From Klebsiella phage KPN4, in sequence record MN101228.1: a stretch of DNA of 32,000 bases. One strand, written 5' to 3'. Position 1 is the stretch's first letter. Each line of letters opens with the position of its first letter. The position numbers were made by a program, and so were the translations under genes. Below the pieces are notes generated by a model. That model was given only the letters and a program-made list of their open reading frames with translations, had not been told where the DNA came from and did no database searches. Shown piece by piece: positions 1 to 9,138 of this stretch.

Positions 1-1977
1 ATGGGCTTTTTTGCAGGTCGCATAGGAGGGAAGAAGGTTCTCTCCCTAACCTCGGGCAATAACAAGGATATTAACAACCACTTAAATAATGGTTGGGATA
101 CTATATTCCATAGCGACATGCCACACGTCGTCATCTTAGAGACCCACGAGGTTACGCTCTGGGACGGTGGTGATTGGTATCGCTGTTCGCGTATGCCCGA
201 TAGGATTATTCAGGTACTGTCCGCAGACTACGACAGGGTTGTCTTAACTGAGGTTGAGTTTGAGGATGGCACCAGACGTTTCATTTATGGTACATCCCTG
301 GGTGTGGGCGCCAAGGCGTATAACGCTTACTTTAGTAATACTGTCGGTTCCCAGGTTTCTGCAGGTACAATGGCTAGTATGAAGACTAACGTTTGTGCTT
401 CTGCAGACTTACACATGGATATTAGTTTCTATTTCGAAGAGACTCCAGGTACTATTAACGAGAAGCTACGAGATGGTACTGGGTGTATGTACACCTGGGG
501 CGTTAACTCAGAATGGGGGGACAGAGGGCCTGGGCCGCCGGTTGGAGCTCCTATACCTCCTAACTTTCAAACAATTATTAAAGCCGGTTGGGTGCTCTAT
601 AGGGGGGCTTTTAGTGGCAATATAGCCGGTTCTGTGTCTCAGCCCAATAGACCACTTACTATTGGTGCTGATGCTATGCGCCACCCATGGATGCGTACCA
701 CAGGAGTTAATAGTATATGTTTGCGTGGTGAGACTCTCAACCGTAATATGTACGGACATATGGGGCCTAGATACGGTATGGGGTCTAATCCCGTTGGTGG
801 TCCTTATGCTCATAATATCCAGACTGAGTCTTATCAGGAGATTCAGTACAAAGCAGGTTTTTTCCGTGGTCCGCCCAATAACTTTATGGGGTGGGAGAAC
901 ACAGATAACAACAATGCTGGTAGTGGTTGGGGTAACAATGCTATTTATAGGGATAACAACTTCCGTGTTCCTAAGCGTGTTCGCTGGTATATTACTAATA
1001 TGAAATACAATGGGCAGGGGTTCTACGCAGAGGACGTATTTGGCTCTCGCAACCAAGAGATTAAAATCAGCCCTAGAGAGTTCATTGTAAACGGTATAAA
1101 CCTAATGAACACCGGGTGGAAGTTTATAAACCAGAACGATATAAACTACAGCCCAGGTAATAGGCCTGATATCCGAGTTATTGCGACCAATGTTGCTAGA
1201 TTTAGTGGTAATCCTACTGTTGGTAATAATGGATATGTTCACTTCAATCAGCCTCTAACTCGACCAGATAATGGTGCGGAATTTGGGCAAGGTAACATAA
1301 GTGAGATGCATGTAACCACTGTAGGGGTTTACAATTTTAGATCTGATGCGCAGTGGTATGTAAAATCTAACCCACCGGAAATCGGAAACCAGTGGGGTCC
1401 AGTATGGTCTGAATCAACTCGACCTCTCCGCCTGGTAGGTGGTACCGGCTTCGCCGATATTGGAGGGAACCTACGTACTAGTGGTAATGCTAGTCACCAC
1501 CTGGCTACCTTGTGGTTGGGGGTTAATAACTCCCGAAATGGGGCTTGCGTCGTCACTCTAGACTGGAAAAACGATGAGTGGATTGCTGCTGCAGGGATTG
1601 GATGTTATAACCCTCTAGAAGATCTTACCCAGTGGAGCGAGGTAGATAGTAGGCTGAGAATTTTCGGAAATCACTTCCAAAAACGTGTGCATCAAATCAT
1701 GTGTCTTCCGGTTAACATGTGTGTGCCGTTCCACTTTATACGCGGGACCGTAACCCAGTGTGGGGTTATTCCTGGGAACAACGCCATGCAAATGAAGGCT
1801 ATGTGGGCGCCTGCTACTACCAACTCTGCCACTCAGGGCGATTATGCCATTATCTATTGGCTGATAGCTAGGGCTGACGGTAGTGTTGAGGTTTGGGTTA
1901 ACGTTGAGATGATCAATATTATGAACATGCGAGTGATTCTTCCTGAGGTTAGGATTGCTGTGCAAAGGCTTGCCTAA
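1..1977 (+). CDS. Receptor-binding tail tip protein, T5 pb5 (Oad)-like
   Basis: 658-aa ORF starting exactly at window base 1. N-terminus [54 protein letters not shown], internal [26 protein letters not shown], and C-terminal [12 protein letters not shown] resemble T5 pb5 (about 640 aa) as recalled. It also sits upstream of the terminase genes as in T5. The upstream RBS is not visible. Confidence 0.8.
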   Translation: MGFFAGRIGGKKVLSLTSGNNKDINNHLNNGWDTIFHSDMPHVVILETHEVTLWDGGDWYRCSRMPDRIIQVLSADYDRVVLTEVEFEDGTRRFIYGTSLGVGAKAYNAYFSNTVGSQVSAGTMASMKTNVCASADLHMDISFYFEETPGTINEKLRDGTGCMYTWGVNSEWGDRGPGPPVGAPIPPNFQTIIKAGWVLYRGAFSGNIAGSVSQPNRPLTIGADAMRHPWMRTTGVNSICLRGETLNRNMYGHMGPRYGMGSNPVGGPYAHNIQTESYQEIQYKAGFFRGPPNNFMGWENTDNNNAGSGWGNNAIYRDNNFRVPKRVRWYITNMKYNGQGFYAEDVFGSRNQEIKISPREFIVNGINLMNTGWKFINQNDINYSPGNRPDIRVIATNVARFSGNPTVGNNGYVHFNQPLTRPDNGAEFGQGNISEMHVTTVGVYNFRSDAQWYVKSNPPEIGNQWGPVWSESTRPLRLVGGTGFADIGGNLRTSGNASHHLATLWLGVNNSRNGACVVTLDWKNDEWIAAAGIGCYNPLEDLTQWSEVDSRLRIFGNHFQKRVHQIMCLPVNMCVPFHFIRGTVTQCGVIPGNNAMQMKAMWAPATTNSATQGDYAIIYWLIARADGSVEVWVNVEMINIMNMRVILPEVRIAVQRLA

Positions 1978-1987
1978 AGGAGGCGAT

Positions 1988-2461
1988 ATGAGCAATGATT
2001 TAATTGTACCAGATGCAATGTCTCCGGAAGGCATGCTAGTTATAGAGGCCTACTTGGAGTCTGGCAGCGACGTTGCGAAAGCAGCGTTAGCTGTTGGTAT
2101 GGAAGAGCCTAAATTCCGGGAGATTATGCGCAAACCTGAGGTCAAAGCGTACCTTACGGATATCTTCATGGAATCTGGCTTCCGTAACCGTGATAAATTC
2201 TTTGGCATTCTAGACACTGTTCTAACTATGAAAATGGAGGAACTGGATGAAACTGGAATGGGTTCAGAGATGGATATTATGGATATCCTCAAACTCATGC
2301 ACAAAATGAAGATGGATGAGATGAAGATGCAGATCGAATATGAGAAGGTGAAGCAGGCTAAAGCACCTGTACACCAGACTAATACTCAGATCAACTTGGC
2401 AGGTGGTCACGACTCTAACTACACGGATCTCCTGTCACGCATTGTGGGGGCAGGTAAATAA
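1988..2461 (+). CDS. Terminase small subunit (putative)
   Basis: ATG at 1988 preceded by AAAGGAGG; the ORF-track start at 1955 is probably too early. Small protein with an N-terminal helical region, immediately upstream of and 1-nt overlapping (TAATG) the large terminase. Confidence 0.65.
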   Translation: MSNDLIVPDAMSPEGMLVIEAYLESGSDVAKAALAVGMEEPKFREIMRKPEVKAYLTDIFMESGFRNRDKFFGILDTVLTMKMEELDETGMGSEMDIMDILKLMHKMKMDEMKMQIEYEKVKQAKAPVHQTNTQINLAGGHDSNYTDLLSRIVGAGK

Positions 2462-3777
2462 TGGAAATCTCACGTAGTTATATTAATACGACTGACGTGG
2501 TGGATTTTGGTGTTGATAAACGATTCTTCAAATTCCCGGTGTCCGGCTTGCTGGCCACCGAGGGCATCACCCCAAATGGTCCACAGTGTGCAATCATAAA
2601 CGCACTGGAAGACCCGCGTCACCGTTTCATTACAGCATGCGTATCCCGTCGTGTTGGCAAGTCGTTCATTGCGTATACTCTAGGCTTCCTTAAACTCCTA
2701 GAGCCGAACGTTAAGGTGCTCGTAGTAGCTCCGAACTACTCCTTGGCAAACATCGGATGGGCGCAGATCAAAGGTCTGATTAAGAAATATGGCCTTCAAA
2801 CTGAGCGTGAGAACGCAAAAGATAAAGAAATTGAACTTGCTAACGGTTCACTCTTTAAGCTGGCTTCCGCTGCGCAGGCTGACTCCGCGGTTGGTCGTTC
2901 ATACGACTTTATTATCTTTGACGAAGCGGCAATCTCCGACGTTGGTGGTGATGCTTTTGATATCCAGCTCCGTCCTACACTGGACAAACCTAACTCCAAA
3001 GCCCTGTTTATCTCTACTCCTCGTGGTGGTAACTGGTTCAAACGCTTCTACGAGCAGGGGTTCCGAGAAGATCTTCCGCAGTGGGTATCAATCCACGGTA
3101 CGTACCGAGATAACCCTCGCGTATCTCTTGCAGATATCGAGGAAGCACGTAAGACTGTATCTAAGAACTATTTCAAACAGGAATATGAGGCTGACTTCTC
3201 CGTATTCGAAGGTCAGATCTACGATACCTTTAGCGTTTCCGAGCACGTACAGGATCTCGCAGGTATGGGGCACTTCTTTGCAGCAGACCACGAGTTCGAA
3301 ACCATTCTAGGTATAGACGTTGGTTACAGAGACCCGACAGCAGTACTGACTATTAAGTACCACTATGATCAGGACATTTACTATATCCTTGAGGAATATC
3401 AGCAGGCAGAGAAGACTACAGCACAGCATGCCATGTACATACAACACTGTATAGACCGGTATAACGTAGACCGTATCTTTGTTGACTCCGCAGCCGCACA
3501 GTTCCGACAGGACTTAGCATACGAGCATGAAATATCTTCAGCTCCTGCCAAAAAGTCTGTTCTAGATGGCCTAGCGTGCCTAGCTGCTTTATTCCAGCAG
3601 GGCAAGATTATCGTCGACGCCTCGTGCACTGCGTTAATTCACGCACTCCAGAACTACAAGTGGGACTTCCAGGAAGGGGAGGAGAAGCTCTCCAGAGAGA
3701 AACCTCGTCATGATGCCAACTCTCACTTATGTGACGCACTGCGTTACGGCATCTACTCGATTTCCCGTGGCAAATAA
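2461..3777 (+). CDS. terL: Terminase large subunit (ATPase/nuclease)
   Basis: Walker A-like CVSRRVGKSF, Walker B FIIFDEAA, motif III-like ALFISTPRG, nuclease motifs IGIDVGYRDPTAV, FVDSAA, and HDANSHLCDALRY. Confidence 0.93.
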   Translation: MEISRSYINTTDVVDFGVDKRFFKFPVSGLLATEGITPNGPQCAIINALEDPRHRFITACVSRRVGKSFIAYTLGFLKLLEPNVKVLVVAPNYSLANIGWAQIKGLIKKYGLQTERENAKDKEIELANGSLFKLASAAQADSAVGRSYDFIIFDEAAISDVGGDAFDIQLRPTLDKPNSKALFISTPRGGNWFKRFYEQGFREDLPQWVSIHGTYRDNPRVSLADIEEARKTVSKNYFKQEYEADFSVFEGQIYDTFSVSEHVQDLAGMGHFFAADHEFETILGIDVGYRDPTAVLTIKYHYDQDIYYILEEYQQAEKTTAQHAMYIQHCIDRYNVDRIFVDSAAAQFRQDLAYEHEISSAPAKKSVLDGLACLAALFQQGKIIVDASCTALIHALQNYKWDFQEGEEKLSREKPRHDANSHLCDALRYGIYSISRGK

Positions 3778-3783
3778 GAGCTG

Positions 3784-3831
3784 AGTTGGAACGGATAGTA
3801 GTGAGTACAAATTCCGTTCCAACTTTATAAA
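3784..3831 (+). terminator. Inverted repeat AGTTGGAACGGA-(17 nt)-TCCGTTCCAACT then TTATAAAATT; candidate terminator or operator
   Basis: Perfect 12-bp arms at 3784-3795 and 3813-3824, just after the terL stop. Confidence 0.5.
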
Positions 3832-3837
3832 ATTCAC

Positions 3838-3866
3838 TTTACAATTTCGTGTGTGGCAGTTATAAT
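3838..3866 (+). promoter_or_regulatory. Sigma70-type promoter TTTACA-N17-TATAAT
   Basis: -35 TTTACA 3838-3843, 17-bp spacer, perfect -10 TATAAT 3861-3866, in the terL/HNH intergenic region. Confidence 0.75.
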
Positions 3867-3968
3867 ATATTCATACCTTGAGAGATCTCATAGACATCAA
3901 GGTGAATGAGAGGAATATTTAATTGCTGTACCCGAAGTAGTATTTTCCCAACTAAGAGGAGAAACACT

Positions 3969-4451
3969 TTGGCTTCCAATGTAAAATATAAGAGAGATGC
4001 AATCTCCATAATGCGTGACGGAATCAAAGCCCAGTACAAAAGAGGCAACTGTTGCGCCATTTGTGACTCACAGGAAAACCTGGAGCTACACCACTACTCG
4101 ACTGTGGCCTTACTAGTTAAAAACTTTGCTAAAGAATTCCAACTGGATTTCACTGACTCAGAAGTCGTCCTAAGCAATCGGGATAAGTTCTATCAACATT
4201 ATTGGCATGAGCTAGTAGAGGACACGGTCACCTTATGTGTCTTTCATCATCAGACCCTACACAAGGTCTATACGAAAGAACCACCGTTGTTTTCAGCTAA
4301 CAAACAGAAGATTTGGGTTGAAAAACAGCGTGAAAGATGTATGAATCCAGAAGCACCTCGTACAAGCAATACTGGCGAAAGATCAGGCTTTGCGAAGTGG
4401 CTTCCGACTGACGTCAAGACTGAGAAATCAGGATTCGCAAGGTTCCTATAA
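3969..4451 (+). CDS. HNH endonuclease
   Basis: CAICDSQENLELHHYSTV ... N ... CVFHHQTLHKVY (paired Cys and HH/H motifs). The track start is ATG 3906, but in-frame TTG 3969 has a strong SD (AGAGGAG) just upstream. Stop overlaps the portal start (TAATG). Confidence 0.75.
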   Translation: MASNVKYKRDAISIMRDGIKAQYKRGNCCAICDSQENLELHHYSTVALLVKNFAKEFQLDFTDSEVVLSNRDKFYQHYWHELVEDTVTLCVFHHQTLHKVYTKEPPLFSANKQKIWVEKQRERCMNPEAPRTSNTGERSGFAKWLPTDVKTEKSGFARFL

Positions 4452-5662
4452 TGGCTATTCGTGACTGGTTAGTTACTAAACTAAACCGCGGACAACGCAT
4501 AATCAGGGACTTGGAGGATGTTAGTCACCGTACTAACGTCAAACCATTCACGACTGGCAAAGCCTATTCGTCTATTGAGATCCTTAATAGATCCGCGAAC
4601 ATGGTAATTGACAGCGCCGCTGAGTGCTCCTACACCGTAGGTGAACAGTATAAAACAATAACAACCTATGGCACGATCAGGAGTAAAACTCTTGAGACGC
4701 TGCTTAATGTTCGCCCTAACCCTTACATGGACTCTAGTACTTTTAGACGCCTGATAGTGTCTGACCTTCTATTCGAAGGGTGTGCGTATATCCATTGGGA
4801 CGGTTCGTCTCTGTACCATCTGCCTGCTGCCCTAATGGAAGTAAAAGCAGATGACAAAAAATTCGTTAACAAATTCGTCTTTAATAATATGATCGACTAT
4901 CGCGTTGATGAGATTATCTTCATCAAAGATAATGGCCAGAATGGTGGTATTAACTCCCAGATCACAGGTCAATCTCGTGTGGCTACCGTAATTAACTCGC
5001 TTACTAAGCGTGAGAAAATGCTCGAGTTCAAGGAGAAATTCCTAGACAACGGCACGGTTATCGGTCTTATTCTAGAAACAGATGAAATCCTAAATAAAAA
5101 GCTCCGTGAACGTAAACAAGAAGAGCTTCAGCTGGACTATAACCCTAGTACCGGCCAATCAACTGTGCTCATTCTAGATGGCGGGATGAAGGCTAAGCCA
5201 TACTCCCAAATTTCCTCCTTTAAAGATCTCGACTTCGAAAACGATATCGCTCGTTTTAATAAAGACGTATGTATCGCTCTCGGGGTCCCACAACTATTGA
5301 TCGATGGAGGTAACAACGCCAATATTCGACCGAACATTGAGCTGTTCTACTACATGACTATTGTGCCTATGCTCAATAAAGTATGTAGCTCTCTTACGTT
5401 CTTCTTCGGTTTTAAAGTAACGCCCAATACTAAAGACGTAGTAGCGCTAACTCCTGACAAGGAGAAAGAGGCTAAATTCGTAACTGCACTAGTCAATAAT
5501 GGTATCCTTACTGGTAACGAAGGTCGTATAGAGCTTGGTTACGAGGAACTGGCTGACGAGCAGATGAAGAAAATTCGCATCCCTGCCAACGTAGCTGGAT
5601 CAGCTACCGGAGTAAGTGGACAAGAAGGTGGCGCACCAAATAAAGACGAGGAAAAACAATGA
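4451..5662 (+). CDS. Portal protein, T5 pb7-like
   Basis: 403 aa with HK97-type portal features (NRSANMVIDSAAE, LLNVRPNPYMDSSTFRRLIVSDLLFEGCAYIHW, IALGVPQLLIDGGNNANIRPNIELFYYMTIVPML); position between terL/HNH and decoration/protease. Confidence 0.9.
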   Translation: MAIRDWLVTKLNRGQRIIRDLEDVSHRTNVKPFTTGKAYSSIEILNRSANMVIDSAAECSYTVGEQYKTITTYGTIRSKTLETLLNVRPNPYMDSSTFRRLIVSDLLFEGCAYIHWDGSSLYHLPAALMEVKADDKKFVNKFVFNNMIDYRVDEIIFIKDNGQNGGINSQITGQSRVATVINSLTKREKMLEFKEKFLDNGTVIGLILETDEILNKKLRERKQEELQLDYNPSTGQSTVLILDGGMKAKPYSQISSFKDLDFENDIARFNKDVCIALGVPQLLIDGGNNANIRPNIELFYYMTIVPMLNKVCSSLTFFFGFKVTPNTKDVVALTPDKEKEAKFVTALVNNGILTGNEGRIELGYEELADEQMKKIRIPANVAGSATGVSGQEGGAPNKDEEKQ

Positions 5663-6378
5663 TTGACTATAAAGCACTAAAACCGCTGTTCCCGAACGGT
5701 CTTCCAGAGGCACATAATGTGTTTGCAACTGTTAAGGCACACCTCACTTACCAGATCCTGCGTAAGGAGTACGGGTACGCTGCAACCAACCGTAAGACCT
5801 GGAAGCAGTTTACGGAAGCCTACGCAGAAGCGACTAAGCCGGTACCGGTAGCCTCTGTTAGCATCTCTAGAGCTCCTGCATCCTTAGATTATACTAAGAC
5901 TGCACAGCTCTCCGCAACTGTCCTACCCTCAGACGCAGACAATAAAACCGTAACGTGGAAGACTAGCGATGCTACCCTAGCTACTGTGAGTGCAACGGGA
6001 TTAGTGACGGCACTATCTAAAGCAGGCACTGTTAAAATTACTGCCACTGCAGGTGGTAAATCTAGCGAAGTGTCTATCCAGGTCAAAGCTCCTGTTGTAG
6101 CGGTTACCGGTGTCACTATGTCACCTAAGACTATTACAATCGAAGCAGGTAAGACTGGCAAACTTACTGGTACCGTAGCCCCAGCTAACGCAACCAATAA
6201 GTCTGTAACTTATACTTCTGCTGATACTACCAAAGCTACCGTAGCTGCGGATGGTACTGTAACTGTTCCCTCCAACTTAGCTGCAGATGGTACCGTAGTT
6301 ATTACTGTTAAGACAGCTGACGGCAATAAGACCGACACGGCTACAGTAACAGTTAAGGTTCCTACAGCGGGTGTGTAA
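5659..6378 (+). CDS. Capsid decoration protein, T5 pb10-like N-terminus with two BIG2-like Ig domains
   Basis: N-term MIDYKALKPLFPNGLPEAHNVFATVKAH..TNRKTWKQFTEAY resembles pb10. Then two Ig-like units: SVSISRAPASLDYTKTAQLSATVLP..ADNKTVTWKTSD and VTGVTMSPKTITIEAGKTGKLTGTVAP..ATNKSVTYTSAD. Confidence 0.8.
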   Translation: MIDYKALKPLFPNGLPEAHNVFATVKAHLTYQILRKEYGYAATNRKTWKQFTEAYAEATKPVPVASVSISRAPASLDYTKTAQLSATVLPSDADNKTVTWKTSDATLATVSATGLVTALSKAGTVKITATAGGKSSEVSIQVKAPVVAVTGVTMSPKTITIEAGKTGKLTGTVAPANATNKSVTYTSADTTKATVAADGTVTVPSNLAADGTVVITVKTADGNKTDTATVTVKVPTAGV

Positions 6379-6390
6379 TATCTGTTAACT

Positions 6391-6414
6391 GGGGAGCTTC
6401 GGCTCCCCATTTTT
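6391..6414 (+). terminator. Rho-independent terminator GGGGAGC-TTCG-GCTCCCC-ATTTTT
   Basis: Perfect 7-bp stem, UUCG tetraloop, T-tract, directly after the decoration gene. Confidence 0.92.
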
Positions 6415-6464
6415 CTACGCTAGTACATAGCTATTTTCAGTGTAACCAATTTCGACTGCCCACT

Positions 6465-6489
6465 AATTCCACACACCGTGTGGGATTTT
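6465..6489 (+). terminator. Second terminator AATTCCACAC-ACC-GTGTGGGATTTT
   Basis: About 10-bp stem with one G-T pair and a T-run; second hairpin in the same intergenic region. Confidence 0.7.
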
Positions 6490-6499
6490 CAAATACCTT

Positions 6500-6528
6500 T
6501 TGACATTCGCGATTTGGTATGTAATAAT
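6500..6528 (+). promoter_or_regulatory. Sigma70-type promoter TTGACA-N17-AATAAT
   Basis: -35 TTGACA 6500-6505, -10 AATAAT 6523-6528, upstream of the protease and major capsid genes. Confidence 0.75.
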
Positions 6529-6574
6529 AGTATCTGAAAACTGAGGAACAACACGAAAGTGTTTGGAGCAAACG

Positions 6575-7171
6575 ATGCAGAATATTAATCTTAACGCTGA
6601 GATTAAATCTGTTAAAGCTGTCGGTGAGGGTGATAATCCTCCTTTAAAAATCAAAGGGTATGCTAACACGATTACCAAAGACCGCGCCGGCGACGTTATT
6701 CTCTCCGAAGCGTGGACTACCAGTAACGCCCTCAAGAATTTTATGAAGAACCCGATCATGCTTTTCGGCCATAACCATAGCCGCCCAATTGGTAAGATCC
6801 TAGACCTGGTACCAACCGAGTCCGGACTTATGGTTGAGGGTGAGGTAAGTGCTGCTGATCTACAGATTTACTCATTAATACGTGATGAGGTTCTTAAAAC
6901 GTTCTCGGTAGGCTTCTATATCAAAGACGCCGAATGGGACGATATGACTGAAACGTTCATTATTAAAGATCTGGAGTTACTCGAGATCTCTGTAGTCTCG
7001 GTTCCCTGCAACCAAGACTCAACTTTTAGCCTTTCGAAGTCTGTAAACCATAATGATTACATGGAGCTTCGTAAGTCTTTTGTAAAATCTTCGCAGGTCC
7101 AGCCTGTTGAACAACCTGAACTTTCTAATTTAGAGAAATTCCTAGTAGCCGCTGGTTACGCTAAAGGATAA
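6575..7171 (+). CDS. Prohead maturation protease, T5 pb11-like
   Basis: ATG 6575 with upstream SD TTTGGAG. Motifs KGYANTITKDRAGDVI, MLFGHNHSRPIGKI, FSVGFYIKDAEW, LLEISVVSVPCNQDS match HK97-type protease (His/Ser). Confidence 0.88.
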   Translation: MQNINLNAEIKSVKAVGEGDNPPLKIKGYANTITKDRAGDVILSEAWTTSNALKNFMKNPIMLFGHNHSRPIGKILDLVPTESGLMVEGEVSAADLQIYSLIRDEVLKTFSVGFYIKDAEWDDMTETFIIKDLELLEISVVSVPCNQDSTFSLSKSVNHNDYMELRKSFVKSSQVQPVEQPELSNLEKFLVAAGYAKG

Positions 7172-7184
7172 TGGAGAAATAATA

Positions 7185-8567
7185 ATGTCTTACGATATCG
7201 CACAACTGTCTAAAGATCTGGGCCTGGGTGACATTGCTGAGCAGCTTAAAGGTCTAACCGCCTCTCAGAAAGCTGAAGAAGCTCGCAAATTTGCTGCTGA
7301 GCAGGAAGCTAAAGAACTCAAGCGTATGGAAGACCTGGTTGCTAAAGCAACTGGTGAAGACCGTAAAAACCTGGCAGAAGCTCTGGAGCTTGTAAAAAAC
7401 CTGGATGAGAAATCCAAACAGTCCGCTGAAGCGTTCGTTAAAGCAATGAACTCCCAGCAGGAAGAAATCACCGGTCTGAAAGAAGAAATCAAATCTCTGC
7501 TGGCCGCTCGTGAAAATGGTCGTTCTTTCGTAGCCGATGGCGTTGCTAAAGCAATGTTCGGTAAGCAGGAAGATTTCGAAGACGAAGTTGAGAAACTGGT
7601 TCTTCTGTCCTACGTAATGCAGAAAGACGTATTCGGTACCAAGCGTGGCGAAGCCCACCTGAAAGCTGTTAACGGCTCTTCTTCTATCGAAGTTTCTACC
7701 GAAGCGTACGAAACCATCTTCTCCCTGCGTATCCTGCGTGACATTCAGGCTAAACTGATTATCGGTACCATGTTCGAAGAACTGCCGATGTCTAGCAAAT
7801 TGCTGACCATGATGGTTGAGCCGGAAGCTGGTGAAGCTAGCTGGGTTGACGCCTCTACTTACGGTACTCCTGCTACTGTTGGTGCGGAAGACAAAACCAA
7901 GCTGTCTGAAATCACCTTCAAGACCTACAAACTGGCTGCTAAAGCGTATATGACCGACGAAACAGAAGAAGATGCTATCTTCACTCTGCTGCCGATCATG
8001 CGTCGTCGTCTGATTGAAGCTCACGCTATCGCAATCGAAAAAGCGTTCCTGACCGGTACTGGTGCTGCTGGTACTCCGAAAGGTCTGATCCAATTCGCTA
8101 AAGACGATGGTAAAGTGGTTGCTACCACTGCTAAAGCTGACGGTTCTGTTAAGGTTACCGCTAAAGAAATTCACAAGCTGCGTCGTTCACTGGGCCGCCA
8201 CGGTCTGGATCTGAACAAACTGGCTCTGGTTGTTTCGATGGATGCTTACTACGATCTGATCGAAGATGAAGAGTTCCAGGACGTTGCACAGGTTACCGCT
8301 ACTACCGCTATCAAACTGCAGGGTCAGGTTGGTCGCATCTACGGTCTGCCGGTACTGGTTTCTGAGTTCTTCCCAGCTAAGGCTGCAAGTGCTGAGTTCT
8401 GTGTGGTTGTTTACCGTGACAACTTCATCGTTCCTCGTCAGCGTGCAATCACCGTTGAGAAAGAGCGTCAGGCTGAACGTCAGCGCGATGCGTACTACGT
8501 TACTCAGCGTCTGAACCTGATGCGTTTCTTCGAGAACGGCGTAGTTGCTGGTGCTTACGCTGCTTAA
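7185..8567 (+). CDS. Major capsid protein, T5 pb8-like (HK97 fold) with N-terminal scaffolding (delta) domain
   Basis: 460 aa; Glu/Lys/Ala-rich helical first ~160 residues, then AVNGSSSIEVSTEAYE..., a typical HK97-fold coat region; next to the protease; followed by a strong terminator. Confidence 0.93.
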   Translation: MSYDIAQLSKDLGLGDIAEQLKGLTASQKAEEARKFAAEQEAKELKRMEDLVAKATGEDRKNLAEALELVKNLDEKSKQSAEAFVKAMNSQQEEITGLKEEIKSLLAARENGRSFVADGVAKAMFGKQEDFEDEVEKLVLLSYVMQKDVFGTKRGEAHLKAVNGSSSIEVSTEAYETIFSLRILRDIQAKLIIGTMFEELPMSSKLLTMMVEPEAGEASWVDASTYGTPATVGAEDKTKLSEITFKTYKLAAKAYMTDETEEDAIFTLLPIMRRRLIEAHAIAIEKAFLTGTGAAGTPKGLIQFAKDDGKVVATTAKADGSVKVTAKEIHKLRRSLGRHGLDLNKLALVVSMDAYYDLIEDEEFQDVAQVTATTAIKLQGQVGRIYGLPVLVSEFFPAKAASAEFCVVVYRDNFIVPRQRAITVEKERQAERQRDAYYVTQRLNLMRFFENGVVAGAYAA

Positions 8568-8586
8568 TTTGGCTATACTGCCGACT

Positions 8587-8613
8587 AAAGGAGAGCTTCG
8601 GCTCTCCTTTTTT
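8587..8613 (+). terminator. Rho-independent terminator AAAGGAGAGC-TTCG-GCTCTCCTTTTTTT
   Basis: Perfect 10-bp stem with UUCG tetraloop and T-tract after the major capsid gene. Confidence 0.94.
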
Positions 8614-8625
8614 ATTGGGTAAAAT

Positions 8626-9138
8626 ATGCAATTCATGACAGATTCTGATTGGAGAACATATGGAGGCCTTAAACGTCCTGACTTAGAGTCAAATATCCCA
8701 ATGTTAATCAAGGCAGCTAATGCTCTGATTACTCAGCTCCTAGGTATTGACGACAGTGCTAACGTTGTAGACGTTTTGCCTACTAAACCAGCACGTAAAA
8801 AGTACTTCCTATCCTCTCCCGTGCCTAGCACGATCACTAAAATTACGATTAACGATAAAGAGATCGATAAGTCGCAATATAAGAACTACCCGGATGGTAC
8901 GCTCCTGCTGAAATTCTCTCCTCCAGAGGGGTATATGGAAGTAGAGTTTACCCAGACCGGCTTTACCTCGATTCCTGATGATCTGGTACTAGCGGCATGC
9001 TTCCTAGTCGACCATTGGGTCAAGAAGGATTACCGTGAGTCTCGCACATTTGGCGGGGAAACCGTTACCTTCAATACCACTAAATCTGGTGTACCGGAGC
9101 ATATCCGTACGATAATCGAAGTGTACCGGAGGTTGTAG
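8626..9138 (+). CDS. Head completion / head-tail connector protein
   Basis: 170 aa, gp6-type connector-like (WRTYGGLKRPD..IPMLIKAANALITQLLGI..); directly downstream of the capsid gene. Confidence 0.65.
   Translation: MQFMTDSDWRTYGGLKRPDLESNIPMLIKAANALITQLLGIDDSANVVDVLPTKPARKKYFLSSPVPSTITKITINDKEIDKSQYKNYPDGTLLLKFSPPEGYMEVEFTQTGFTSIPDDLVLAACFLVDHWVKKDYRESRTFGGETVTFNTTKSGVPEHIRTIIEVYRRL

Noticed and set aside
508-1056. 182-aa reverse-strand ORF within the receptor-binding protein gene
   Set aside because: Antisense to a confident CDS; no start context or recognisable domain.
1615-2034. 139-aa reverse-strand ORF spanning the RBP end and terS start
   Set aside because: Overlaps two coding sequences antisense; no supporting signals.
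2789-3310. 173-aa forward ORF inside terL
   Set aside because: Out-of-frame with strong TerL coding signal across ATPase motifs; composition atypical.
3906-4451. HNH gene as a free-standing mobile homing element inserted between terL and portal
   Set aside because: Stop/start overlap with the portal and a dedicated upstream promoter argue for an integrated operon gene; no insertion scars seen, though comparative data are needed to exclude it.
7254-8174. 306-aa reverse-strand ORF opposite the major capsid gene
   Set aside because: Shadow ORF produced by strongly biased codon usage of the capsid gene; no RBS, low-complexity Phe/Ser/Gln-rich product, fully antisense to a confident CDS.
8568-8586. 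Possible promoter (TATACT near 8574) after the capsid gene
   Set aside because: No acceptable -35 hexamer at 16-18 bp upstream and it would initiate directly before a strong terminator.
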